NCBI GenBank assembly: GCA_030141605.1
Contig: JAQGDQ010000066.1
Location: 62,001-126,000 of the forward strand
Length of the DNA stretch: 64,000 bases
Direction: 5' to 3'
DNA from: Tubiluchus corallicola
Taxonomy: Eukaryota; Animalia; Priapulida
Made by a program: the position numbers and the translations under genes. This document shows, piece by piece, positions 1-12,500 of the stretch. Below the pieces are notes generated by a model. It saw nothing but the letters and a program-made list of their open reading frames with translations, had not been told where the DNA came from and searched no databases. Position 1 is the stretch's first letter. Every line of letters starts with the position of its first letter.

Positions 1-72
1 ACAGCCCTCTTAGAAACAAACAATTGGTTGAATTTTGATAGCAAACTCGACAGACAGAAAATGCGAAAGAGG

Positions 73-144
73 TGAACACAGCCTGGCTTTGTATAAGGAA
101 CTTTTTGCTTGCAGTTGCCTTAGACCACTAAGCCATCGTATTCC
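73..144 (-). repeat. Degenerate tRNA-like unit (copy 1 of 3)
   Basis: Minus strand reads GGAATAC-GA-TGGCTTAGTGGTCTAAGGC (A box/D arm)...CCAGGCTGTGTTCA. Homologous to the unit at 3193-3269, including the upstream leader GGCTGCCTAGATCACC. Confidence 0.55.
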
Positions 145-205
145 CCGGTGATCTAGGCAGCCAGAAATTGCTCCCAACTTTAATGACAAGAAATGTGAAA
201 AAGTT

Positions 206-3143
206 GGAATACACTTTGCATTTGAATCAGCAACTTTCAGTTTATAAATATTAGACCACTAGACACCTTAAAAAAGCCACATTTAATTGTAAAGGTTTGA
301 AATCTGACATAAAGCAGACACACATTGCAAATGACACAGTCTCATACAAAATTGATGTTATTGCTGTACAGGAAATGCACTTAATTGGATCTGCAGTTAT
401 AAATCTTATTTCTTCAAATGGTACCAAATTTTATTTTCACTATGGTGGAGCAAAAACTTGTAAAGATGGCGGCGTAGGAATAATAATTAAGCAAGGACTT
501 AAAACCACTTTTTTGGAAATGACGGAAAGGATATGTATGATACAAGTAGATATTAATAACGACAAACATGCAATAGTGTGTGCTTATGCACCTACATTAC
601 CAGCCAGTGAAAAACATCCTGAGTTGCAAGAGAATTTTTAAAGTGATTTAGATGCAGTCATACAATCAATAAGTAAAAAATATATCCTAAGTTGAGCTGG
701 AAATTTTAACGCTAAAACAGGTTCAGGATGTTCGCCCTATCCAGACAACATTGGCAAATTCGGTAAAGGACTCATGAATAGGAAAACTTGTTAAATTTTG
801 TTCAAGGAAATAATTTGATACTAACCAATACAACTTTTCGACACAAAATGGCTCACAAAACAACATAGGAAGCACCTGATAGACAGAATCTAAACAAACC
901 AATAAGAAACCAGATAGACTACATAATAGTAAGAAGAGAGCACAAAATTTTTTTTACTCATTCTCGTTCATATTCTGGAATACAGACCTTCTCAGATCAT
1001 TGATTAGTTATGGCTAAATACTGGTTTTTAATACTAAATACTAAATATTGGCTAAATAATGGCTAAATACTAAATATATACTGGTTTTTGAAGACTTCTA
1101 AGAAACCCACTGTGCAGAAATTTCAGTTCAGTAAGCTAGAAGGTGAAGAAGTTAAATTAAAATATCAACAAACAGTTGAACATCAACTGATGCAAAAGTG
1201 TGACAATGTCCAACAGCAATGGAATAACATAGTCAATTCATGTATGGAAGCTTTGGAAAACATTCTGGGATATGATAAGACCCACAAATCAAAGAAAGTT
1301 ATCAATGATCCAAGAGGTGAACAGTTCTCCTCTGAGCAAACAAAATCAAATTAAATATTAACATGATGTCAGTATTAAATAAAAAGGAATAAAAAGATGC
1401 AAGAACTAAAAAAACTATTAAACAAATTGAAGAAGACTGCTAAAAAGTATTGAGGAAATAGAGAAAAGTAAAGAAGACTCCACTCGGATGCTTAAAGCTG
1501 TTAGAAACATTAAAAGAAATAAACCGAAAGAAAAAATAATAGTTGAAACTACAAATGGACTTACAACTGATGAAACAGAAGAAATATATTGTGCAATAAA
1601 ATTTTTAAAGATTGGCAAAAGTCCTAGTATTGATAACTTGGTAGTTGAACAACTAAAATATGGACCTAGGTTAGTAAGCACAGGAATTGCTAATTTGTTA
1701 AATGATGTTGCAGAAACGGGAAATTACCCAAAAGAAGTTAAGGAAGGAGTTCTAGTACCATTACCAAAACCAAAGAAGAAAAAAGGACTAGTAGAGAACT
1801 TAAGGCCAATAATTCTGCTAAGTCTGTTGAGGAAAATTTTGGCAATTTCTATTATCAGACACATATACGAGAGACTGAACAACACTATACCAATTATCCA
1901 AACTGCATATAGAGAAGGAAGGAACACTGCAGAATTTATCACGTCTGCAAAAATCTTAGCTGAAAAAGCTATAACGTCAAGTTCTTACTTAAATACTCTG
2001 TTACTGCTAGATATGAGCAAGGCTTTTGATACTGTTGATAGAGGAATATGATTTGATGATATAAAATAATCAGTTTTAGAACCAGATGAATTACACATGA
2101 TAACAATCCTACTTAAAGATGTCAGGCTTCACGTAAAACTAGGCAATACTATAGGAAGTATTCAAAACTAACGTTGGTATTCCTCAAGGTGAATGCCTCA
2201 GCCCATGCATGCTTTTTATGTGGTACCTAGCCAATGCACACCAAAACAAAGATGTTTTACCTACAGATCATGATTATGATGTCACCTCCATAGAAAATCT
2301 GCCTTTCCATATGATTGATCACACTTACCCTGCACCAGATTCCTACAAACCATTCCTAACAGACCAACTGTATGCTAACGATATTGGATGAATTAGCATT
2401 TCAAAATTCTGCACAGATACTGTTAAGAAAGAATTCCAAAATTACTAGAAAAAAAATCTCAAATTAACAACACGAAAGCTGAAGAATATAACATATCGCG
2501 AGATGGAGATCAATCTTGCAAATACATGGGGATCACTACTTAACACAGAAGATGATATAAAAAGTAGTAACGGATAATGTATGGTTTTATCCAACATAAA
2601 TCAATTCTAACCAGCAAGAAACTATCCCACAAAACAAGGCTGCGACTTTTTAATGCATATGTAACTAGTATTTTCACGTACAACAGTGAAATGCGGGGCT
2701 TAACTGCAACTCGGAAAACAGAAACAAATGTATTTCACAGATGCCTACTCAAAAAAATCTTAAAAATAAAATGGTCATATATCATTTCCAATGAGCAGCT
2801 GTATAACAGAACCAAAGACGAACATTGGAGCACAAAAATCAGAATCACAAGGCTAAGATGGGTAGGATATTTAATGAGATTGTCAGAAACAACACCAGTA
2901 AGATTAGCACTAACTAGGCACTAAAACCTACTAAACGACCTCCACGCAAACCAAAAACAACTTGGATATCAAGAATTAATAAAGATTTACAACAGATGGA
3001 ACCAACCTAACAGTAGCATCACAGGAATTGCAATTTTTAGCTGCAGACAGGAAACAGTGGAGTGCTCTAATAAAGGATAGAAGCTCTATGTCTTCAGTAG
3101 ATGTTTAGAACAACAAAAGAAGACCACTAGACCTCCGTAATTC
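206..3143 (-). repeat. Degenerate tRNA-like unit (copy 2), split by the RTE insertion (pieces 3133-3143 and 206-264)
   Basis: Removing the LINE and one TSD copy gives, on the minus strand, GAATTACGGAGGTCTAGTGGTCTAA...GATTCAAATGCAAAGTGTATTCCAACTTTTT, which aligns with copy 3. Confidence 0.55.
265..3120 (+). mobile_element. Decayed non-LTR retrotransposon, RTE-like clade (APE endonuclease + reverse transcriptase), with frameshifts and stops; antisense in intron 11 of contactin paralog B
   Basis: APE motifs ATFNCKGL (277-300), DVIAVQEMH, GGVGIII, CAYAPT, GNFNAK, NQIDYIIV, SDH. RT motifs LRPIILLS, LLLLDMSKAFDTV, GIPQGECLSP, degenerate YADD (LYANDIG), KYMG, YNSE, LRWVGYLMR. AAC/GAA-rich tail. Exact 12-bp flanking direct repeat AGACCACTAGAC at 253-264 and 3121-3132. 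Confidence 0.93.
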
Positions 3144-3192
3144 AAGTGATCAGGGCAGCCCAAAGCTAATCCTGGACAGCCTTGGTCCTAGA

Positions 3193-3269
3193 GGAATACG
3201 TTAGCCTAGTGATCCAGGGTGTCAGCCTTGTAACCAGGAAGTCCTTCCTTCAAATCCAGGTTGTATTCC
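3193..3269 (+). repeat. Degenerate tRNA-like unit (copy 3; pseudo-tRNA or SINE head)
   Basis: Perfect 7-bp acceptor-like stem GGAATAC/GTATTCC, A-box-like TAGCCTAGTGATC, B-box-like CTTCAAATCC, followed by a T6 Pol III terminator. The anticodon arm is not canonical. Confidence 0.6.
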
Positions 3270-3553
3270 AACTTTTTTCATTTCCAGTATTTCAAGCTTG
3301 CTTTGATATCATAGTTAAAGTAAATGTATGTTTGTACATTCACTAATAATGATTTCAACATTGAGATTACAATAAAATTAAGTAACAAATTATACTAACC
3401 TATTTTTGTCGTACACACAATTATCGTTGACTATATAATGTAATTTACAACGTAAAACAAAATGGATAAATGCATAACTGCATAGTGCACACAATATCTC
3501 AGTAGCAAACATAGAAATAACCATTAGCAATTTTATTGAGGTTAAAAGCTTAC

Positions 3554-6500
3554 CCACAGAAAGCACACGCAGCTGAGCTGTTGAATACATATTCCCATAC
3601 TGATTAGATGCCTCACACTGATACATTCCGCCATCCTTCTCTCTCACTTGATAGATGGTTAAAGTCTCTAATGACTGTGTGACTTGCTCCAACACAATTC
3701 GAGCCGAATCCTCACTCGGTATGGAAGCAGAAGTGAGTAAACTGCCATCATAAAACCATTTGAGCTCAGCCTTAGGCAAACCGTAAGCTTCGCAAGCAAA
3801 CACAGCCTTAACACCAATGTCAACATGCTGATCTTGGAGTTCTATAGTGAATACTGGAGCACCTATGACCATGAAAAGAAATAAAAATGCAAGAACAGCC
3901 ATACATAATTTTCAAAAAAACTTTCCAATGAACCCTGCTTTGTCAGCCAGAAAATTACGGACAAATCGGGATTTACATTTTCCGATTTTTTTTTATTCGT
4001 AATTGTTCCCAAGAATTTGCTAGTCTTTACCTGTACAACAAAAAATGTAGTAAAAAGTAAGGGATTTAAAACAAACAACATCACTTTTTACAGAGTTTGA
4101 GTTCAAATTTATGTATTGCACAATTGACAAAACTACAAATTTTAATTCATGCATTTGCAGCCTGCATGATTAAATAATTGCTGAATCCAAGTAAAAAGTG
4201 TTTGTGATGAGTTCTAGACATCAGCCTCAGTTAGAATGCATCACTGTCGTAGTGGACACAGTCAAAGTTCAACTAATTTCGATGTCGCATTGCCCGATTA
4301 ATTACGTTAATACACCTAAATTTAGTTGCTTATATTTCAAAACTTTAAGCCTATGGATTGCTTTAATCAGCATTATCAGGCTCATTCAAATAACGAGTCA
4401 CAAAAGTCTTGTCACGAATAGTAATCAGAGCTGTTATGGACACAAAAGAAAAACGATCACAGCTGATGCAGCTACATGCTACAAGAAGGGGTGCAAGCTG
4501 TCCATTCAGAGATTCCTGTTATTGTTTATAGTAATTATATAATATTAATACATGTTATTAAATTATTAATAATAATGACTATTATAGCTTATATAAGATT
4601 TAAGTCCCAAAAATCGACTTAAAAGCTTTTTTAACAAATTAAATACAAATGTAAATTATTTTTCATATAAAAAATTAACAAGACATACGCAATGCAGTAA
4701 AGACTTATCAGACAGTCTTCTTCTAAGCTTAGAGATAAAGCATCTAATACAAAGAAGCAATTCTGGAATCACTTTCGCAAAGCTATCACTAAGTTAACTA
4801 CATTATTTTTACGATCACTAAACTGATAATACCGAAATCGCTAGCTTAGTGATTGCTACGTAAAACCTTTGTTTTAAGGACCTGAAATTTGAAAGACTTA
4901 CATTTTTATTTTCAAGTTCCTTTGATAAAAGCTACTGATACTGATTAGGGCAACTTGTATAGCATTATCTAATATAAACTGAATGGCTCATCTCAGAAAA
5001 AAATTTAAATCAAACAGTAAATACCTAATTGCACTGAACATAACTATGAATAAGTTGGCAAAGAAGATCATGTAAAAATTGACTCACACGCCACGGCTAA
5101 ATTTACATTCTTGGTTGTTGCTCCCAAAGAATTTGAGGCTTCACAGGAATATTCGCCCATATCGTGAAGTTTCACATTTGGAATAATCAGCACGCGGTTG
5201 AAATCAGCTCTGTAGGCTTTCATTGGAACTGTCGCCCCACTACGTTCTATTTTGTAAGTAGGGTAAGGACTAAAATAATACAAAGTAAAGTTTTAGGAGG
5301 ATGTACTGTGGATTTACGTAGCCTTAGGTCTTGTTCGAAAAAGATGTTATATCTGTAAGCTTGAATTCAATGAGAAAAAATTAAAAATCAGGCTCTGTAG
5401 ATTGACATAAAATTCATTCTAGCGTTCCATTGCAAATTGGCAGAGCTTTTCGAAAATAATCGCTGCCATCTTAAATTCAAAATGGCAGATCAAGTCTGAC
5501 TAGAAATTATTCTAATATATTCCACTAAAGCTTCTTGATCATTCATCACAACTTAGCACAACCTTAGGTTTTTTTTTCAAAACTAATGAGATCATCGTCG
5601 CCTTGAATTTAAAAAGGCAAAAAGAAAATGTGATTCATCATCGACGCAGAATTCGTGCTAGTATGTTCCTGTAAAGTTTCATAATGACCCACTGCAGAAG
5701 AATCAGGCTTTTTTCAAAAACGATGCTATCGCCACAATCTTGAACTCAAAATGGCTGATCAAAAATCTGGCTTGTCAATTTATGCAGAATTCATTCTAGT
5801 ATCCCAAAGGGTTTCCATAACGATCCTCTGCAAAAAGGCATAGTCGTAGGCCTTTTTTTTAAATGATGCTATCGCGGCCATCTTCAGTTCAAAATAGTAC
5901 ATCGAAAAGCCGACTATGTCAGTCGATGCAAATATCACTCTAGTATAATTTTGCGAGGTTTCATGGCGATCCATTGCAAATTCAATGAGCCTTCTGAAAA
6001 GTTTTTTCAAAAAATCATCCCCCAACAACAGCAACAATAACAACATCCAGATAAGTAGAAAGTCTGTCTACCAAAAATCGTTGCAGAATTGACAAAATCT
6101 GCTGGTTAGTGGAAGATTTAACATCACTTCAAGAAATTATTTTGCACCTAATAAAAGGTTCATGTATAAACCTTCCCATTAACAGATTTGCATATTAAAA
6201 ATGTAGGGGCCTACTTTTGACCTTTGTATTCAGTGTGGCTGTTTTCAGCACGTTCAGCATGATTTTTGCTGGAAAAAAGAATGCATGTTACATGGCAAAA
6301 AGTACGGTAGTAATAATCACTGTTTATGATAAGTCACGAGACACACAGAAACACAAAGATTGGCAAAAAGCATAAAATTACATAAAAGCATAAAGCAACA
6401 CTCACTGAGCTTGTGCTACACATTCTATCGCTACATCATCGCCTACCACGGGACTGACAGGAAAGATCTTAGGGAAACCATGTACAATTTCGGGTGCTCT

Positions 6501-9500
6501 ATTCCCTACACCTAATCAAAAGCAAAAAATAAAAATTAGGTAATTTTAATTTTCGAAACAATTAAATAAACTAAAATACATAAATAACTCACTCAAACAT
6601 AATGCAAAATCAATCATGTGTTAAAGCCGCCAATAAATAATTGCACATTTAGTGTGATAAATCCGTTAATCAAAGCTACAACAAATCAAACAAGCATATG
6701 AATGACTGGTCTCCAAATGAAAGGCAACCAAATGTATCACGAAACAATCCACCTGTCAATAAGGGTATGAAGTGAACACCAACCGAGCCAATAGCAGACA
6801 CCAATTAAATGAAAAAGCTTTTTGATTAACCACGAACCGTGATGGAGCGTTCATAATTGAATGGAGACAAAAGCATGCTTCATGTGAATGGACCGTGACC
6901 CCTTCGGTTCGATACTCGCTCTGGGATGTTTCATCAGCCCTGGTTACTTCGTAGAGGGAGAATGTATACAATAAACACATCCAAATGTATGGTTGATTCA
7001 TAGTACACTATACACATCCAAATCCAAGAAGACAATTCACCTCAAACGTACCTGAGATCTGCAACATTTTTTCGGGATCAAATCAGAATGCGGGACAGAT
7101 TCACTATTGAAAATAAAGAAAATTCCGGACCAGATGAGAATAAAAAATAAGCGCGGATCGGATCTTTGCAGATTACAATTTTCATCAATGTTAATCTGCA
7201 ACTTTGATGAACAACGTGCGCATTAAAGTGTGGTCTGCATTTATTTTGTCATGCTGATTTACCCGACATTCAGAATTATTTTGTTTGTACTCATCTTCCT
7301 GTTCGAGTACACACTTCAAAGAGCCAAACATTTTTCTTTTATCACACAGAGCTGTGCATTTTTCAAAATGAAAGTTATCGGTGCACAAGACTTGGTGAAA
7401 GATAATTTATTTCCATTGTTCTGACTGGATTTTGAATTAAAGTTAACCGTTAAAGAAATTTTGCAGATCGGGACGGATCGCAGACTTGAAATAGTTCAGT
7501 TGCGCGAGTTGTGCATAGCTTTTAATAGTAAAATACGGATTCAAGTGGACTGTGGAATTGCAAATTTGCAGATCAAATTTATTATGGATTGAGAAATTAT
7601 CTGATCCGTTCATCCCTGGAAGGAAATAATTGATAATGAGCTAGGTCTAGTCCTACCAAAAGCACCTGTACCCCTTCACACACCTAGACCTACATTCTGG
7701 CTTACGAACCGTTTCTTCAGTCAAAAAATCACAAACAGACAAAAAACTCTTAAAAAATGATAAGAAACAAAAGCCCACACAGAAAAGGCAAATTTTGACT
7801 ATGTAAAGAGCATGTCAACTTTATGAGACAGTCATTGTAATTCAGAAGTTATTGCTTTTCAACTTTTTACCATTCTAACCTCTGAATCATTTTAATGTTG
7901 GTACTATTAAGAAATTAAAAGTGGCCTACTATCTTGCATTGACAAAGCTTTTGCTTACTGTAGGGGTACCATAGCATAGAGAATATGTGCCTCGTCAGCG
8001 AGTTTAAATTCAAGCAATGAAATCATGCGCAGTTTTACTCATAATACTGACATCATTTTAACTTTGAATGTATTTGGCCGTTGGAAATATACACTTGCTA
8101 ACCCTTTTTTTACATATTTAGCTTATTAATTCTTTGTTCTTTGCATAAATATTTATTTTATTTGTCTTGTAGAAACATTTTTACTTGTGGTTTTTAACTA
8201 TGCTTTGTTTATTATTCTATGGTACTTTTTATGTACTGAAATAAACGTAAAATAAATAATAAAAATTGATGTGGAGAACAGAATAACATATTAAAAGCAA
8301 TATGACATTATGTGATGAAGGGAGGTTATTTCTCATATAACTACTGACAACAAAAACCGTTTATGCTTGTCTAGCATGCAGTGTCTCATCATCAAGCAAA
8401 CGAAGCTCAAAAAACTTTTAAGAGTGAATTTAAATCACTTCATTTTACGTAAGTACGTTTAAACTTACATCAAGTGTAGAATTAATACTAAAGTCACTGC
8501 ACAACATACTTGCACTCAAATAAGTAATAAATGTACCAATGCAAGCTTTTAAAAGTTATTAGAGACCATCCACGATATCAAGTTTTCGGCCGATTTCGAG
8601 GACCTACCACCTCGCATTGGCGTTATCACATGCCCCACTACCTACGTACCCCTTACATTATTATTGACATCGCACCAATGTAGCGTTTTGTTCATTTTAT
8701 TCTTCCTACCCCCAAGAACAGGCAACAACGTCACTTCTGTTAATTAATGCGAAACCATCAGTGAATTCATGGAACTCACTCTTACGGCCGGTTACAACCA
8801 GCCACTTCTTGTTCTGAATCGCTGCCAGACATGCTGGATGAGTTGGTCATTCATTCAAAAATGCACGTGTGAGAAAAGCGTGAAGTCAGATAATGATATC
8901 ATGACTAAATAAATCATCTACCTACTTCGCGTTATAATGGTGTTATCATGTCTCCTGCCACCTACCTACAATAAACTTTATATCGTTATATGTGGATGGC
9001 ATCCAAGCTAAAAAAATGCAATTTGTTAGATGCCCAGCTAAAAAATTCAACATGTTGGGTGTATATCTAAAATCTCAGGAAGTCTGCTTTTACAAGTTCA
9101 ACCTAGTTTATATAAATTGAGAGAAAGCCAGCTAGAAGCCCAAAATTAATGTAAGCTGGCTTATGCATATAAACAATTCAAGCTTGTAAAATGCGATATA
9201 TATTAATAGAAGACAGTAGTATAACCTGAGAACACAGAATATAAGTAAAATTAGAATCTCTAAATGCCTGGAAAATCTGCCCAAAATTCCAAAGTCTGAA
9301 AAAGAACCAAACAGGTAGAAATTCAAATAAGAATTAGACGAAAAAATCAAACCTACTTCAAAAAACAAAAACATTAAAAAGAAATCTAGATTCAATTTAA
9401 GGCAGACAATACAAGTTTGAATCAAAAATTTATAATTCAGCCTGCTAAACTCACCGACATTGTTGACCACAAGTTTAATGGTCCTGCTTATCCTGAAACT

Positions 9501-12500
9501 TTCAGTAACATCAAGACCTAGAGCAGGTACAGTACTATTAACATGACAGGTATAGTCTCCACTGTGGTAACTCCGAACATCGCTAATGTAAAGATTCCCG
9601 TCACGTGAACCAAATAGCTTTGTTGCCGATGTCTGGCCAGCAAATGGAAATAAGTTCTTGCCATTTTTGAACCAAAAATAGTTTACAGCTGCCAATACAA
9701 ACAGATTTCTAAATAACAATCAGAAGTAATGCAAACCAAGGAACATTGTAATCTCAAAACCAAATTTTCTGAGATATAAATGCATCGAGATGTTATTCAT
9801 ATGAAACTAAAAATATTCACTGATGCATACACTAAAGTGGTATTTGAACATGTTTAGTAAGCATGTCGCACCACGTTAAGACGAAAACTTTTTACAGTCG
9901 AAAAACAGTGTTTAGAGTGTAATAAAGCGTAATAAAGTGTAGCTTCTGAAAAAAAAACTTGTCGTATTTTCTACAACTAGAGTTCATGTTATGATTCTTG
10001 ATGTGCAAATTTTACATGCAACAATTTTTACTGTTTAAGTTATGTAACCAAATGCTGCAGCCAAGTGAAATGAATTAATTCTATAAATAATACTCAAACA
10101 TGATTTTTTTCTAACTTCCAGTGAAAAATTGTACCATCTGTGCCGTACTACTAAAGTGCTTTACGTAAAATTATTCAATAAACTTTAGCTAGCGACGATT
10201 CAAACCATACATGCAAAGAACTGTTAAAGAATGAGTTTTCACATATAATTCGTTGTAAAATACACTGTAAATAATGATGTGAATTAAAAATAATACCTGG
10301 AAAGTGGTTTGGAGCACGACATTCAATGATAACACCTTCATAAAGGTTTGCTGTAACTGGATTTCTGTTTGAGCTAAATGTACCGAGAACTGAAAATGCA
10401 AACCGATCACAAAATTAATTCAGGCAGAATCATTCAAATGAGCCATGCTCTGTTGGCAAAAATTGCTTAAACTCTAAAACAAAGCTACATCACAAGTAAT
10501 ACGTAACACCTATGCAAAATGCAACACAAATGGTAATTATATTTAACGAGCTGATTAGTGAAACTGAATAATATAAGAAATTGCTGGACAGAAATGCTGG
10601 ACAGAAACTTACCACCTAACTGTAATGCAGCTTTTGAGCTCATGACAGTACCGAACTGATTAAATGCTATGCAGTGATAACTCCCCTCGTCTGGCTCATG
10701 GATGGTTAGTTTACCTAAGTGAGAATTTCCAACATCAATTAATTTGTATCTATTTCAAGTGATCTAAAAGAGAAAGGTTCACGATGTGGTATAGAATAAT
10801 TTCATCTATCAAGTGCACGTGGTTTTTTTATATCTCCTATTGTTGTTAACAATCGACAACAGAAAATAATCTACAGGATGGCTTAGATCACCAATATCAT
10901 GTCTGCCCATAGTAAGGATTTTAAAAACTAGCACACACTCCTGCAAACCGGAGCTGTTTCTGTGAATTTTAAGCATAGCTAAGAATTGATTGTTTAGCAT
11001 AACATTCAATAAGTATCTTATTTAACTGCCGATTAATTAAATTAGTTGTCTAACTGATACAGAAACACAAGTTAACAGCTGTTCTTATATAAATATATAA
11101 AAATGCCCCTAATTTGGCTCAAACTGTTTGCGAAACAGACACAAGCTTCATGTACTCTAAGTGAAGTGCCTATCTGTAACGAATTTTTTTGGCAATTCTA
11201 GCTCGGTTATCACTTTAATATCAACCTGTCCATTTTCAAATAGGATACATTTATTGTCAAAAAATCTACAACCAAAAAATACACCAAATGTCAAGTGTAA
11301 GTGCGAAAAAATTTAACATAAATCTGCCAAAAACAAAAAAAATTATCTGCCATTAAATACAAATGAAATTATTTTTCTAACACCATTCTGATAAGACAAC
11401 TTTCAAATTTGATTAACATAGTGCTCACAAAATTTTACATACCATCAGTCAAAACTAGTCGACGATCCTGTAGTATCTGAAGTTCTCTATCGTCTCTGAA
11501 CCAGGTATAGTTAATGTATGGATAACCATCCGCTTTGCATTGTATACTAGTGTACTTTACTACTGAATCTGTATTAAATATGGTATATTTTGGCTGTTCT
11601 AAAAAGTGCGGACCTCTCGGGATTCTTTCAACATCACTTTTCATCACACCATAGTCTGAAAAATGCAAAACGAAGAACACCAAAATGCAATACAGCTTGA
11701 AAATGTTTTACATTCAGTTGTTCAGGAAGCACACCTGCCTGGAAAAATGAAAGTCTTGGGTTCACATCCCATTGTTGGTACAATTTTTTTCAGAAGTTCT
11801 AATAATGCCTTTGCTTAATTTAGCATTAATTTGTTAATCCTGGGTATACTAGGAAGTTATGAGAGACACTCATGAAGTAGTGTTGGTGCTATTATCACAG
11901 CACTATATTACTATAGAAACTAGTGGTAGCCTATAATGTCTTTGCATAAAAAATAAACTAGAAACACCTTTGCACACACATGACCTAAGGTCACTCAACT
12001 TTAACAATGCAAAAGGCATGTAAAACAGCAATTACCCAACAACACTCCATCAGGTTCTATATATATATATATAGAAAAATTCTTTCACTACTTTACATTT
12101 GTTAAGGTGGACTATGTAACAAAAAGCTCGTTATGTAACAGTTACAATGCAGCATTACACTAACAAAAAATGCTGCAATATGTAACAAATCAAAAATTCA
12201 TCATTATGTAACAATTTTTGAATAGTTACATAACAATCGTTATGTAACAAAAATGAGACATTACATAACAAGCTAATGTGCTATTTGTCATGGTATGTTT
12301 TTGCCCCAATTGACTGGACTGGGTCAGTTTCTTTTTGTTCTAGATGTGGGTCAATTTAATCTATTTTAGGCTGGTCTGTTTGGAGTCTGATCTGCGGTCT
12401 AGTCTGTGGCTGGTTTATCGGGCTTTGTCTGTGGGCTGATCTCCAGCGGTGTGATCTATAAGAAATCTGGAAAGCGGCTGGTCCATCTGAGCGTCCTCAG

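Noticed and set aside
6890-6960. Possible hammerhead ribozyme (CTGATGA on minus strand); similar cores at 17524, 42652, 44130 and 52870
   Set aside because: No convincing stem II followed by GAAA and stem III pairing could be built.
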